64,000 nucleotides of DNA, taken from NCBI RefSeq assembly GCF_009914755.1, contig NC_060926.1; one strand, 5' to 3'. The stretch's first letter is position 1. Each line of letters begins with the position of its first letter. Below the pieces are notes generated by a model that saw nothing but the letters and a program-made list of their open reading frames with translations, ran no database searches and was not told where the DNA came from. The translations under genes and the position numbers were made by a program. This DNA comes from the human T2T-CHM13v2.0 reference genome, Homo sapiens. Below, in pieces: positions 34,139 through 48,287 of this stretch.

Positions 34139-35942
34139 GCCATTTCGGCAGCGTGGGATGGGGGCACACAATATCCTATGAACAAATACGGTTCTAGTGG
34201 ATGCGAATAGAGGCAAAGTCTGTTTCAATGCCTCTTGTTTGTTTGCTTACAAATTATGTAATGACACTGACCAGGTAGACGCCTGGTAATTATTTTTGAT
34301 GTGATGGTGTTTGATCAAGTTTCCATATTAAGAGAAGCAATTTTAGATAATTTAAACATAATTTGCACTCTTTCTCTGCCACTGGAAATGTTAGTACTAT
34401 CTCCAGACTGTCAGAAGACTCCATTATGCCTGTAGGGGATTTTGATGCTACCAGTGGAAATTCCTGCTAATGCTCTCCAGATGGGACGGGCTGATGGTGG
34501 TTTCCAGGCAGGAAACCTCCTCTGAGTGGTTCGGAAGAGGCCCTCTTTGGCATTCCTGATTCTGGCCTGATTCCTCCCATGTTTTCACATGTGGCTTTAA
34601 TTCTATGACTCAGAGCACCAGAAGTATGGCTGTCTAGCATCCTATTTAAGAGCTCGGGGTCATAGAACTGAATAAACCCAGGATGCATCACAAGTTTCTC
34701 TTTAGATCTTTATAGATTCTTGCCTTTTAAGTATTAGTTTAAAAGTAGCCAGGAGAAAACACAGACAGTAGAAATGCATCTCTGTATCATAGATCTATGT
34801 GTTGTGATTTTTTTTCTCCTTTTCTATTATCTATAAATATACCAATTTCATAATATAAACTAATTATACCATTTTCTTTAGATTACTTTAACTTTAAACT
34901 TTTGATCTTGAAATAATTTTAAATTTACAAAAAGTTGCCAAACTAGAACAAACCTCATCACATGGTAACATTTTATGTACCCACAGTACAATAATTAAAA
35001 CTACTGTTATTAATTGGAATTCTACAGTAAGAAGATTTTCCTCCCTCTCATTCATCTCTATTTACCTCCCAATCAAGCAATCAATAAATCTATTACTCTC
35101 TATCTGTTCATCTATTTATATATGTCTATCTACCTACATATCTTTGTATCCACTTAAGTATCTGTATGTATCTATCTATCTATCTGCTATCATCTTTCTT
35201 CATATCAGTATAGACTCATGGACATCTGTTTCATTCTATGGATTATAATTCACTTCTGTAATTATTTTCATGTTTAACTTTTCCCAAATTTGGATGTTGG
35301 GAGCCCTTTGAGCTGCCGCCTGTGTCTTTTGCTACATCTGCATCGTTGTTTGTGCATGTCCTTAGTCTCTGGCATCTTAAGATGCTCCAGGCTCATTCTG
35401 TACTTTCCCTGCCTTAGACCTGGAATTCAGTAATTACCCTGAAGATCCCTGGTTTCTGTTGTTGGAGAACATATCTCTAAAACAAAATCTATTAAAAAAA
35501 ATTCTGTTTTTTAAAAATGTATCGGAGAAAACCTTATGTTCTCACCATTTTTCTTGCCATTAACAAAAATTATGCTTTAGAACTGGAAGTTTTATTTAAA
35601 AACTATATTTTCAACAGGGGAGTATCACATTTATTTGAGAATATCTTTACTACTTCCTTTCTGATTATAAAAGTAATATATGTACATTGTGGAAATTTTT
35701 AAAATGCAGAAAGATGCAAATGAGGAATAAGTTCCCATTACCAGGTGCTAATCACTGTATTTTTAAAAAATTACTTACTTTTTTCTTCAGATTTTAACAC
35801 ATTAAAATAAACCCAAAATTCTATTGTACATAATGTTATATATTTTTAATATTTACCATGTCATTAAATATTTTTCTAAAATGTTCTTCTAATGGGTGAA
35901 TAATATTACATTGTATAGACCCTATTTCTTAGAAATGTATGA

Positions 35943-36417
<475 letters not shown>

Positions 36418-39400
36418 TAAGTGGTTTGTTTTAATATGTTTTGAATTTGGGGTAGAAGCTTTCCAGAATGTCTGATATCTCTAGCCTGTGCTTACCAGGA
36501 CAGTTACTACACACTACAACATTAGTTTTAGTTAAGATGGCGATTCAACTTTGGTAAGTACTATAAGCATTCTCTTCCAGATAAGAATTTCACAATTATT
36601 GTTCATGAAATAAATTGATAGCATTGTGGATTTTACTGTCCATTCCTGACAAATTTCTCAATGCTGAGAAATTTTTTCAATCGTCAAAATATCCCTGAAA
36701 TGAAACTTCCCCAGGGAAGAGACTGAGGTTCAGAGTTGATGGGACTTGCTCAGGGTCACACATTTGGACATTCTACAGCCAGGAGTTCAGCCTTCAGGAA
36801 GTACATAAATGGGTTGCGCTGATGCTACCCATACTTGAAACCAAGTTTTATGCAATTTACTATTTAAAGGAGTGTTATGAACTTTAGGTGCTATAGGAAT
36901 TTTAAAGAGAGAGAGAGTGGTGTATGGATTGCACATTCCTGGATGGCTTCCTGGAGGCAGTTGAATTTATGCCCTTCCTGAAAGACAACTCAACTTTTCT
37001 AGGGCAAAATTGCCAGTATTTATATCATCACAGTAAGAATTAAACAGGTAAAAAAGGAGTCTTGGAGAAGATTTCATGAACGGAGAATGGGGGAGTAATG
37101 TTGAAGAATTTCTTAGGTGAGGAGGCTGGTAAAAATGATCTATGCTTTATTCTCTAAACAATTTTACTTCAACCTGAAAAACTTTGTCAAAAGATGTGTA
37201 AGCCACAACCAAACATCAAATTCTGAGCCCAAGGCAGCATTTTCTTTTCTCCTCTAACAATGAAAAATCAATTAAGATCTGAGTTACTAAGAGATTAGAC
37301 TTGACGTATTGTTATATGAATGCTTGGAATGTGATTGAATACATATATACTGTGAAGAGTGTATTTATTACCATCAGTTGGTATATGAGTTAATAGTCAT
37401 TTTGCCCACTTTTTTATTTCTTAAAATGTATATTGTTGGGAGGAAAATACCTCTAAAGATTTTCATAATGACACATTCTATATTCTATGAAAATGGTTTC
37501 TGTGAAACTCCATGATTATGCACTTATATATATTTACAGGCCATCACTCTTCCAAATATTGCTGAGGCAAAAATAGATGCAGGCTGAGAGCTGAGTGATG
37601 GAAATCGTGTGTCACACTTCAATGCTCTTACTCACTCCACAGAATGTGTCTTGGTGTTAACTTTATGCAGCTGTAACACAAAGTGGATGAACATGCTATC
37701 TTCTTGTGTGCTTCTGAGAAAGTCAGGTAGTTCACTTGCCAGGGAGAGGTAAGAGGAGCTACAGGTACCTCCTCTGTCTGGGGGCTTGGAATTCTTTCCT
37801 GGACTTCAGAGTGGGTAGGCAGTCTGAAGTTGATGAAGCCCCTAAAGGTCTATGCAAAGTTAGATAAGTTCAGTGGGTGTGGTGGTGCTGAGGAAAATGA
37901 ATCACATTCACAAAGCTGTGTGTGAGTCCAAACAGAGGAGGAGCCAAAGCTCCTACAAAATCTTCTACAAATGGTGTGTCTGAGGTTCCAACAGTTCTCT
38001 TGTCTTCCCTTATCTCAGACTGTCATCCCCCTAACTACTACCCCCACCAGCTCCTAAACTTACACAATTGGAACAGAAATAAGTCTGTGGCTCCTGTCCT
38101 CTATGTGCTTATACTCTAGGGTAGAAACAGCCACATGAACTCATCATTTCAAGAAATGGTGCTAGGTGATGAGATAAGGGTTTGTGTTGGGGGCAAATTC
38201 CTGAAAAGACAAAAGACAAAAGGCATTTCCTCCTTTACATGTTACGCTAGCTTTCATTTATGTATATTTTTACTTACAGTGATTAATGAGAGGGAGACTT
38301 CCTCTTTGAGGGCATGTTGACCCACACACAAATATCCAGATATCTGCCTTAGGCAAGCAGACCAGACAAATTCCAGGGGCTTCTACAGAGGAGTCTGTGA
38401 CTTCTAGAACAACATGGGGCCCATTCCGATTGGCTCAGAGGCAGACAGTACTACGTTTGCAGGCTGAAGACCTCAGTCCCGTGTCTGGGTAAGCAGGGCT
38501 GGTCTGAACTGACAAGTGCTAATTACTGCTCGTTTGTTTGTCATTCTGAACAGACACCAAACAGAAGACAAGACTCTGCACACCCAGAAATCTTCTTGTC
38601 AACTATAATTAGCTCCTCCAGAGAAGAGTCATATCAGAGCCAGAAAATCAGTCCCTGGGCCTGATTCACACCGGCTCCTTGGTGAAGATCTGGGGAGGAC
38701 AACTCCACAGATTATATTTTTATGAGAACAAGTATCACTCCAGTGAAATACAGAGTGATACAGTATGAACTACTGGATCTGTTCACAATGTGCCTTAGAA
38801 TAATAACATGTCATTTGAATAAACAAACGTTCTTTGTTCAAGTGTTTAGATAACTGTGGTTGGGATTTAAGCACTTAATAGCATGCACTAGAGTCACAGG
38901 TGTTCTGATAAGATTAAGTCTCAGCTCCATGGAGATAAGATGCTGTTGTGGATTCTGTGGCATGTCACCCAGGACATGTATGCTGATACCTGGTGTGTTC
39001 CTGCTGAGAGCTCACAGCTCAGTCCCTCTCCGAGAACTGACACAGCTGAAGGAATTCAGCTCACCTATAATTACGCTCAGGGAAATGGCATGTGATCTAT
39101 GGTATGATGGATCAATTGGAGTGGCTGTAAAGGGCTTTTTCCTGTGCCTCTGTTGGGACAACACTGCAGGGCCATCCTGCTCCAGAGCTCCCTGTGGAGC
39201 CTCCATTTCAGCTGTATCACAGCCCAATCTTTCCTTCTGGCTGTTCTTGCTTTCCTCACCCGTACAGGAGTCATTCCTGTGCAAACTGCCCGCTCAACCT
39301 CCTGCATGCCAATCTTAAAGTCTGTTCCCAGGGAGCCCAACCTGTAACAGATGCTCTGGGATCAAGCTGTTGAAAATGGGAGGCTGCCTCCAATTGTTGA

Positions 39401-39463
39401 TGTTGGCAGGCTCAGTGGCATCACAATTTGAGGATGTTCTTGCCTTCCAAGTATTGTCTAAGG

Positions 39464-39686
39464 GAGTGATTTTCAACGAGGGGTGATTATGTCCTCCAAG
39501 AGGCATTTGGCAAAGGCTGGTGATCATCCTGCTGGTTACAACTGGTAGAGGTGAGGGGGTGCTACTGGCATCTAGCACGGAGGGTCCAGGGATGCTGTTA
39601 TACATCCCACAAGGCACAGGGCACTCCCCTATAACAAATAATTATCCGGCCCCAAACGTCTATAGTGCCAAGGTTGAGAAACACTG
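39464..39686 (+). mobile_element. MER20 DNA transposon
   Basis: gtgctactggcatctag..cagggatgctg..atagtgccaaggttgagaaacactg; degenerate 8-bp TSD gtctaagg/atctaggg. Confidence 0.85.
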
Positions 39687-39764
39687 ATCTAGGGGATTGC
39701 AATGAAACAACCATAGTAAGAGTTTTCTAGAGAGATAATTCCCAATGTGAACTACCTGTGAGGC

Positions 39765-39965
39765 CAGTGATTCTAGACTCAGTGTGTCAGAATCTCCTGG
39801 GCGGGGGGGCTTTTGACTGTTGAGACACCCATTGCTGGGCCCACCCGCAGAGTTTCTGATTCAGTAGATCCAGGGATTATGGTGGGACCTGATAACTTTC
39901 ATTTTAAACAAGTTCCGGGTAATATTGGCTCTGTTGGTCTGGGGACCTCACTTTGAGAAGCCCTG
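39765..39965. mobile_element. MER5A DNA transposon
   Basis: cagtgattct..agagtttctgattcagtag..cactttgagaagccctg. Confidence 0.8.
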
Positions 39966-40429
39966 TGCTATGCTGGGCTGTGGCTGTCTTACACCTGAAG
40001 TGTAAGGTGTCATCAAAGGCGCATGCCTCTGGGCTGGGAAGAGGAATGCTTCTCCAGCTGACTTTGCCCAAATGCACCCACATGGCTTTGAGCTTCGTTT
40101 TCTTCCATTGGATATTCTGTTTTGATTTGGGTTATTGTTTGCCAACTGCACTCCTGATCTTAGAGGGGATGCCTGGAGGGAAGCCTGCTGCATCCCTGGG
40201 CTGCCCAGGCATGGGGCAGGAGCAGCTGTGTGAATCACTATTGGTCACTGGCAAGCAACCATGTGGGGAACTCAGCTAGGGCCTCTGACACCATACCCTG
40301 GTCTCAAGAGGCTCAGCAAAGGTAGGAGGATGGAGAGACATGAAGAACAACCACCAGTCATGACAGCATCTGCTGTGATCCCAGCACTGTCAAGGACTGG
40401 GGTGAGTGGCAGGCACCAGACAGACAGAC

Positions 40430-40490
40430 TGCACATTCTGCACATGTATTGCAGAACTTAAAGTAAAATTAAAAATAAGTAAATAAAAAA
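40430..40490 (+). mobile_element. About 60-bp L1PA 3'-terminal stub with A-rich tail
   Basis: tgcacattctgcacatgtattgcagaacttaaagtaaaattaaaaataagtaaataaaaaa matches the L1PA 3' terminus (compare 25227-25290). Confidence 0.8.
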
Positions 40491-40630
40491 TTTTAAAGAA
40501 GATTTGTATGATGGTTTACCCATTAATGTATTTTCATGGCAAATAATAAGTATTTAATAAAATTTTGGCTAGTACATTAAAAAAAGAGTTTATAAACTGC
40601 ATTAGATTGGAACATTATCTTCTTTCCATG

Positions 40631-41124
40631 GTAGGGATTTCCTTCAGTAATGAAGTAACAAATCGCAGTATGAGGCTGTTTGAGGATGTGAGAAGTTTGT
40701 GGCTTAGACATGACAGGAAGATGGATCTTTGAATTCTGACAGATCTGACTATATTGCTGCACTGGGAGCCCAGGGCTTCTCCTCTGGGAAACACTACTGG
40801 GAGCTGGATGTGTTTGACTCATGGGACTGGTCTCTGGGAGTCTGAGAGGAATCTTGGATAAGGAAGAATGGAACACTGATTGCATCTGAGGACATATTTC
40901 TTCTTTTATGTGTGAAGGAGGATAATTATTGCAGTCTCTTGACCACCTCCCCAGTGTTTCCTCACTATGTAAAAAAACCTCTGGGCTGGATTGGTGTGTT
41001 TCTTAATTGTTAAAGTGGAAGTGTGAGTTTTTTAAATGTCACTAAAAGTTCTCTCATATGGAGGTATCCATCTGGCTCTTTCAATTTCCCTGTCACGCCT
41101 TTCTTTCTCACTGGCCACAGTTAA
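40631..41124 (+). pseudogene. Disabled terminal PRY-SPRY (B30.2) exon of a TRIM43/49/51/64-like gene
   Basis: Manual translation: VGISFSNEVTNRSMRLFEDVRSL..(frameshift about 40715)..[104 protein letters not shown]. Stops at 40843 and 41011. Not in the ORF track. Confidence 0.9.
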
Positions 41125-41252
41125 TCAGGAGGAAGGAAGCTGACTGTGTGTCTGGGAACTCCATGTACAAGGGCACCTGTCTTAGTTGAAGCAAAGGAAT
41201 CATACTTTTTACCCAAGTTTTTTCTAATCTAATGCAACCTCATTTTATTGCT

Positions 41253-41262
41253 ATTAAATAAA
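41253..41262 (+). terminator. Overlapping ATTAAA/AATAAA poly(A) signal of the TRIM fragment
   Basis: About 130 nt after the stop codon and followed by an A-rich tail at 41275-41293. Confidence 0.65.
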
Positions 41263-41634
41263 CAATATGTGGGGAAAAAAACCCAAAAAATAAACAGACC
41301 TGCCTTCAGGGCGCTTACACCCTGCAGGGCAGATGCAAGGAGAGAAAGCGAAGAGTGGTACAAAAAGAGGGGTGGCAGCAGGACAGAGCTTGGTTGCCCA
41401 CAGAGGAGAGGGCATGTCCCTTTTAGCTGGGACCCCAAACGAGGGCTTGCTGAGGTGGTGACTTGAGTCAAGACCCAAAAGAAGTCAGTCATCTTCCAGA
41501 CTGAGGGGAGAGTAAGCTCCTGACCCTCGGGTGGGCTGGCACATCTGGCACAGATCCAGGCGGCCACAGTGAGACAGAAGGAGAGGTCAGAGCAGCCCAC
41601 TGGGGAGCCGTAGGCTCATGGTAAGGACTTTAGC

Positions 41635-42093
<459 letters not shown>

Positions 42094-44149
42094 AGAACTT
42101 TCACTTTTACTGCGAGTGAGCTAAGGAGTAACTGTAGGGGTTTGTGACTACGGGTGCCATGAACTGGATTATATTTTAACTAGGTTACTCTGAGAATAAA
42201 CTGCAGGCACAGCGGCAGAAGAAGAGAGACCCAAGGAGGCTACTGCAGTTGTCCCAGCAAGAGGTGATGATAATGGTTTGGTCGTGGGAGGTGGCAGTGG
42301 ACGTGGTGAAAAGTGGACAAGGTCTGCTTGTGTCTTAAGAGATCAACCTCCTCTCCTTGTAAGTGTTCTGAGGGTCGATTCTGCTTGTTGAAGTGCTCTG
42401 TTGTACTGGTGGATGTGCAGACGGTTAAAGAGGTTTTCTTATTAGGTGGCCAATGTTTTTAAGGATTGTTTTCTTCACTTGGGTTTCCCAGAGGCAGATC
42501 CCAAGATGAGGGTTCATGTGAAGGCAACTCACTGGGGAGCGTTCTCAGGAGATGTGGTGGTACAGGATCAGAAAAGCACAAGATGAACAACTGTCCAAGA
42601 GTTTTCTAGAATGTGGAATTTTCAGCGCTAAAGCGGGTGTAGTCCCAGGCAACCCAGGGTGGTTGGTCACCCTTGCTGGGAGGAAAAGGGCAGGAGACCA
42701 ATCAAAATATGCTACCAACAAGGCCCCAGGGAAAGTAACTTTGGCTCAAGCCATCAGGGACAAAGTAGCCGATTATTTATGCCACTGACCCACTCAGTTG
42801 TGGATAAAGGGCTACCCCCCAAGTTTCCAGGTACTCCTGGTTTCCCCTACCACAGGCAAAGTGGGTCTGGGAGCCTAAGGACAGTCAACACCAAGCTGGC
42901 TGCATCTGCTATGACTCTTTATTAACTCTTCATATTAGTAAATCTGAATTGAAAACATGCACGGCTTCTGAGGATTTTTCTTGGGCTCTTAAGAAGTTCC
43001 CTAAATGCTGACAAACTGAAGAATTCTTTTTTTGTCATTGTTATCATTGTTGTTTGTCTGTTCTCTGTTCTAACTGCTTGATAGAGCAGCAATCTCAGAG
43101 TTCATAATAAGCAGGTAAGTGCAGATCTCTGGGACATTGCCACTAACCTCCTGCAGTGGCATCTTTTCTGAATGGAGATTCTGCTGGAGGAGGGGAGGAA
43201 GAGAGCCGGCAGGATTCTGCCTACTAAAAACACTGAGTCACAAATGACAGAAGTTCCTTGTTACTTTCCAGTTGAAATCCAGTTGGCTCAGTGTCATCGT
43301 ACTGACTTTGCAACACTGTCAAGAATACTACTGAAATTTTCAGCTATTATAGCAATGTATCGTCAGGTAACAAGTTCTACACAAAGTGCACCAAAACTTG
43401 TTTGATCCCTCTAGGAATGGTGAAATGCTGTGTGTGGAGGGTAGATTAATTAATGCAATTTGCTACTGGCGTCACAGTAATTTACAAAGAAATTGCACCT
43501 TTTTTTCTGAAGGCAATGGTTAGTTATCTTCTTGAAGAAGTGTAATCTTCTTCCTTAATCAATAAAGGGCCATTATATGAACTTGATTTCATAGAATTAG
43601 AATATGAGGATTATTATAGCCATTGTGTATGTTCTCAAGATATTTATAGGAATAAAAAAAAAGAAAGAAAAAATCAAAGAAAAAAGGATCTGGCAGCTGT
43701 GGGCATTTTAATGGGGGATAATTTGGGCTTTATTTCCAAAAACAGGAAGACAAGGAAAAATAACCTTATGTCTATATTTCTTTTACCCAAGCTAGTAAAA
43801 CCCATCAATGTATATTTTTTCCTCCAAAGATACATTTCATTGAGGTAAGTTGCGATTCCATTTCATTAACTTAAAAATGCTATAAGGATGTTATCATAAA
43901 CCCTGTGTTAATTACCTTTCTTGGCTATTGTTGGTAAATATTCGAGATTCTGTTTTCCAATTTCACCTCTAAAGTTCACAGTTATCTTTACTTCACTTTC
44001 TACCATCTGAAAATGTCCCTGACATCTACAAGTTCATTTTCTTATGTAAGGGGAGGGAGGACAGCAGCCAGAATAAAAGGGGGGGATATGGGTTTGTGTG
44101 CAAATTTCTTACAGAAAGAAAATGGAATATCGACAAATTATGCATAAAC

Positions 44150-44530
44150 TTATTAATGAAAACATATTTATTGAATTCTGACCATGTGCCAGACAATGCG
44201 CACAGGTTTGCCAGGAGGACTGAGAGGCAGGCATTGCTTATTGTTTTATGGGGAAGACAAATCAGCAGACAAATGCAATACCCCAAGTACTTATGAGATG
44301 TACATCCATCCAGAGGGCAAGGAGGAGCCTGTGAAATCTTAGGAAGTCTGGGAAAGCTCCCTGAAGGAAGTGATGGCTGAGCTGAGTTTTGAAAGGGTGG
44401 GAGAGCTTTCAGGACTTCCAGCAGTGTGTGGAAAGGCCTAGACAGAAGCAGGGTGGGTAGCCTGAGGGAATGAGCACCCAGGGGAGATGTTCTCATGTGA
44501 CGTGAGCCTGGTTGGTTCAGGTTCAGACTG
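44150..44530 (-). mobile_element. L2 fragment
   Basis: aacatatttattgaattctgaccatgtgccagaca..ctgaaggaagtgatggctgagctgagttttgaa. Confidence 0.65.
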
Positions 44531-45587
44531 CTGGTTAACACACATTATTATTAAAGGAAGACACATGTACCTTAAACATTTCATATTACATTAAAACATG
44601 TAAGTGTACTTATGTTTGTCCAGTTTTTTATAAAGGGTAACTTTGCTTGATTATATATATACTGTTCTACATTTTTCTCCTTGCATAACATACATCTTTA
44701 ATGTACCCTCTGAATTATTGTTTCTCTTCCTTTCAAGTGGAGTGAGAAATTGAAGTCATGGGGAAACAAGCTCCTTGAGAACATTTTCTAGAGAGTTATA
44801 CCCTTTTCTCACTGTTTTATTATTGTTTCATCCAAATTAGAGAGCCAATATAATCAGAAATTCACCTTTGTCAAGCCTTTTTAATACATTCAATTTAGTT
44901 TTCATAGAAACAATCTCTTTTTTTAATCTTCCTATTTTACTGATTTATGTAGTTTTAAATTAAATTATACTATGGCAATGACAATAAGTGCTAGCATAAA
45001 CCATTTTGGGAAGAACTATTTCCAGGTGTGCACTAATACAACTGGGGAATCACAGTTGTGTGGGGATCTTTATGAATAGTCCACCTGCAGCAAGCAGCCA
45101 GCATAGTTTACAGAGGGCTGGAGAGTGCCCATTAACCCAGTGCACCAGCTAACACAACTCAGCAGCTAAATGAAGGAGTTCAGGGACTTTAGAGTGAAAT
45201 TCAATATGGCGGAAGTGCAAAGTTCAAAGATTCTACAAATTGATGTTAGATAACTAGGTAGTGAGCACATGAATGACCTTGTTTCCTGAGATGTCTGAAT
45301 TTTATCCTGCCAGTAGATGAAAAGTGTCTTAGGTTAGATTACCTTGGAAGTAGAGTTAAAAAAAGGCAGGCATGGGGAAAGTTTATTGGAGATTGCTTTT
45401 CCATGTCAACGCCTCCTGAGAATTGGAGAACTTAAACTGTAACAAAAGCTACAGCTGATGCCAGAGGAGCTTCGGAGCCGGATGGCTCTTCAGAGTTGTT
45501 CTACCATGAGGCAATTCGCTCCAAGCTCACATCTCCCATCGAGCAGCCACTGGATGCAGGCTGCCCTCAAGGAGGGGCAGTCACCTT

Positions 45588-45862
45588 GTGTGGTATAAGG
45601 AAAGCATCTGGTGTTTTTTCCTAATTCCTGGTACAGAGCTCAGAATGGCTTGGAATTTTCTGAGTGATAAGACTGTCTTTGTTATACTAATGAAGTAACT
45701 CAGGGTGAGCCCCTGGATGGCTTCAGACTGGGAGCCATCACATAATTAGAGGGTTGAAATTTTGGGACAGCTCCACCTCCAAGGAGGGGAGATGGACTGG
45801 AGATTGAGCTCAATCAGGTGGCCAGTGATTGACTCAATCATGTTTATGTTATGAAACCCACA
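45588..45862 (+). mobile_element. MER21-like LTR, 5' half
   Basis: ttcctggtacagagctc..ctgagtgataagactgtctttgttatactaatga..tcaatcatgtttatgttatgaaacc. Confidence 0.65.
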
Positions 45863-46629
45863 TCCCTGCAGCCATGGCTACTCTGCTCATGCTCCCACTG
45901 TACCAGGCCTGAATGGCTAGTGGCAGAGGTTGGCAGTGTTGATTGGCTGACACATGTATCTGCATGGTTGTATAGTACTCCTTCCATGGGGGATACTCTC
46001 TGGTAGGTGTTACCATAAGATAAAAACATCTTCATATTTCTTGCCCACTCTTATCAGGCCACCTAAATGCCTTTCCTCAGACTTCCTTGTCTCTATCTTT
46101 CAAACTTCCCTCCAGGCCCCAACTAACCAGCTTAGCTATTTGTTACCTCCCATGTGTTACACATTCTTACCTTGGGTAACTTCTCTTTCCACACAGAGCC
46201 TGCCCTCAGCTCTGCCCATTGGGAGGATTTATCCTCACTGCTATAGAACTAGAGAGCAATGGCAGTCAATTTCCAGTTTGTTCCCACCTGTGGAGCCGAT
46301 GCATTTAGGAACTAAAACAAATCCTCTCCCTCTTGGTGGGCTGGTCATAAGGGACATCCCATGTGGCTAAAGATTTGAACTAAAAGATTTGCACCCATGC
46401 CATAGTGGTGGATCGCAACGGGTTCTGGACCACTTGTTCATGTAGGTTATCTGTGTCTTCTGGCCCTATTCATGCCTGGTCTCAGATGTAACATTTGCAT
46501 TTTACAAGTTGTTTTTGCTTTGCTATGATACTGTGATTTGGGGAGTCTTACACAACACAGGTCATAATGGAAAGTTCTGTCTGTATGGTCACTTGGTACC
46601 CTGTGATCATGCACCTTTTTTCCTACCCC

Positions 46630-47073
46630 TGATACCTTTAGGTGTACATTGGCATGCTTCTGGGGTCTTGCATCCCTTCTTGCCTGATTCTCTGCTTGGG
46701 GTGGTCTGTCTGCATGCACAGTCGCCTGCTAGCGCTTGGGAGGGAAGCATGCACAGTGTGTTCACTGGAGTTATACACATGCTCACTTGAGGTGTTCTTC
46801 CCTTACCGGTCGAATGTCCCTAGGAGGTCATATACCAGTTAAACTCTGCCATTTTGCCTCTTAATGCGCATCCTTGGGCCCACTCCCCAACTTCTGAGAT
46901 CTTATCACCAGTTTCTGGTATTTCTATTTATTGAGAGACTGCCTTTCCCTGGTGCTGGCTGTGACCAGTTATTATTTTAGAGACAGTGTGACAACCACCT
47001 GACCATATGGTCACTTGACATTCGTTGGGGGTGGGAGGGCCCTCTCCTGCCTGACTAGCTACCTACTGTAACA
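46630..47073 (-). mobile_element. MER50-like ERV1 LTR
   Basis: Reverse complement starts tgttacagtaggtagctagtcaggcaggagaggg; left boundary approximate. Confidence 0.65.
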
Positions 47074-47149
47074 ATAGGGCTTCTTGCCTTCAGCTTTGAC
47101 TTTCTCTTTTGGGCCCCACTGAAAGGTGGCAACCTTTGATGTTACCTGG

Positions 47150-47592
47150 TATGCTGGTTAATTTTACGTTTAACATGGCTGGCCATGGTATCCAAATATT
47201 TGGTCAAACATTATTCTGAATGTGTCTGTGAGAGTGTTTCTTCAGATGAGTTTAACATTTACATTGGTGGACTTGAGTCAGGCATGTTGCCTCTGTAATG
47301 TGGGTGGGTCTCGCCCAATTAGATGAGGTCCTGAATAGAACAAACATTGACCTTGCTGGAACAAGAAGGAATTCGGCTAGCAGGTGGCCATCAGACTCGA
47401 CTGCCATCAAAAAAATTGCAACAGCAGCATTTTTCTTGGTCTCTAATTTTCCTGCCTACCCTGAGATCATGGACTTAGCCTCCGTAATCATGTGAGTTAA
47501 TTTTTTTGGATAAATGTTTCTCTCTTTCCTCTCTCTCTCTCTATACACACATCCTATTGATTCTGTTTCTCTGGAGAACCCTGACCAATACG
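47150..47592 (+). mobile_element. MLT2 (B/D-like) ERVL solo LTR
   Basis: ccaaatatttggtcaaacattattctg ... gtttctctggagaaccctgaccaatac; TSD cctgg/cctag. Confidence 0.8.
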
Positions 47593-48287
47593 CCTAGTAA
47601 ATGGACTGAAGCCCAGCATAGAAATTCCCAAGGCCTAGAGTGGCTCATAGGCATAATGCTTCCTTGCACCTGATAAGAAGTGTCAGATGCAGCAATTTTT
47701 TATTTACAATGAAGGGTCCAGCATGCCCCGACAAATATTTTACTAAAATGGTGGGCCCCTAAATCTTCATAAAATTTATCTCTCATCCTCTGAAATGATG
47801 TGATGTAAATTACGAAGGTCTGTAACATATTTGCTACTTTTCCCTCATCTGGTATGATTAGTATCATGTCACCACTGTAGTGGACAGGATACCCAGGTGG
47901 TCAGGTCTTCTCAGAGAGAAGAACTGTAAATTATACTTTTGTGTGTTCCAAGTGAATGCAAGCTCTGTCATATCTTCTTCCTCAGTAGGGATGGAAAAGA
48001 ATGGGTTTATCAGATCAATGGTGGCATAACACACCTGAGGCAGTGTGGCTGTACACTAGCAGAGATGCCCTGTGTGGCACAGACTGCAGTTGGTATTACC
48101 ACGTGGCTGAGTTTGTGACACTCCACTGCCAATCCTCTGGATTGCTTTCTCTCTGGATTGTTTTCCGTTAAACTGGTGAATTAATGGGGTTATGTTGGGG
48201 GCCAGCCCTGCTGAGTTCTATGTTTTTAATGGTAATAATAATCTCTGAAATATTTTCAGTATGCTAAACTGTGCCTGATTTACTATA

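Noticed and set aside
38860-39347. Overlapping ORFs of up to 152 aa
   Set aside because: No recognisable domain or exon structure; consistent with chance ORFs.
40577-40885. 102-aa minus-strand ORF
   Set aside because: It is the antisense shadow of the plus-strand TRIM SPRY pseudo-exon.
44026-44541. 171-aa minus-strand ORF
   Set aside because: It overlaps an L2 remnant and has no protein-family signature.
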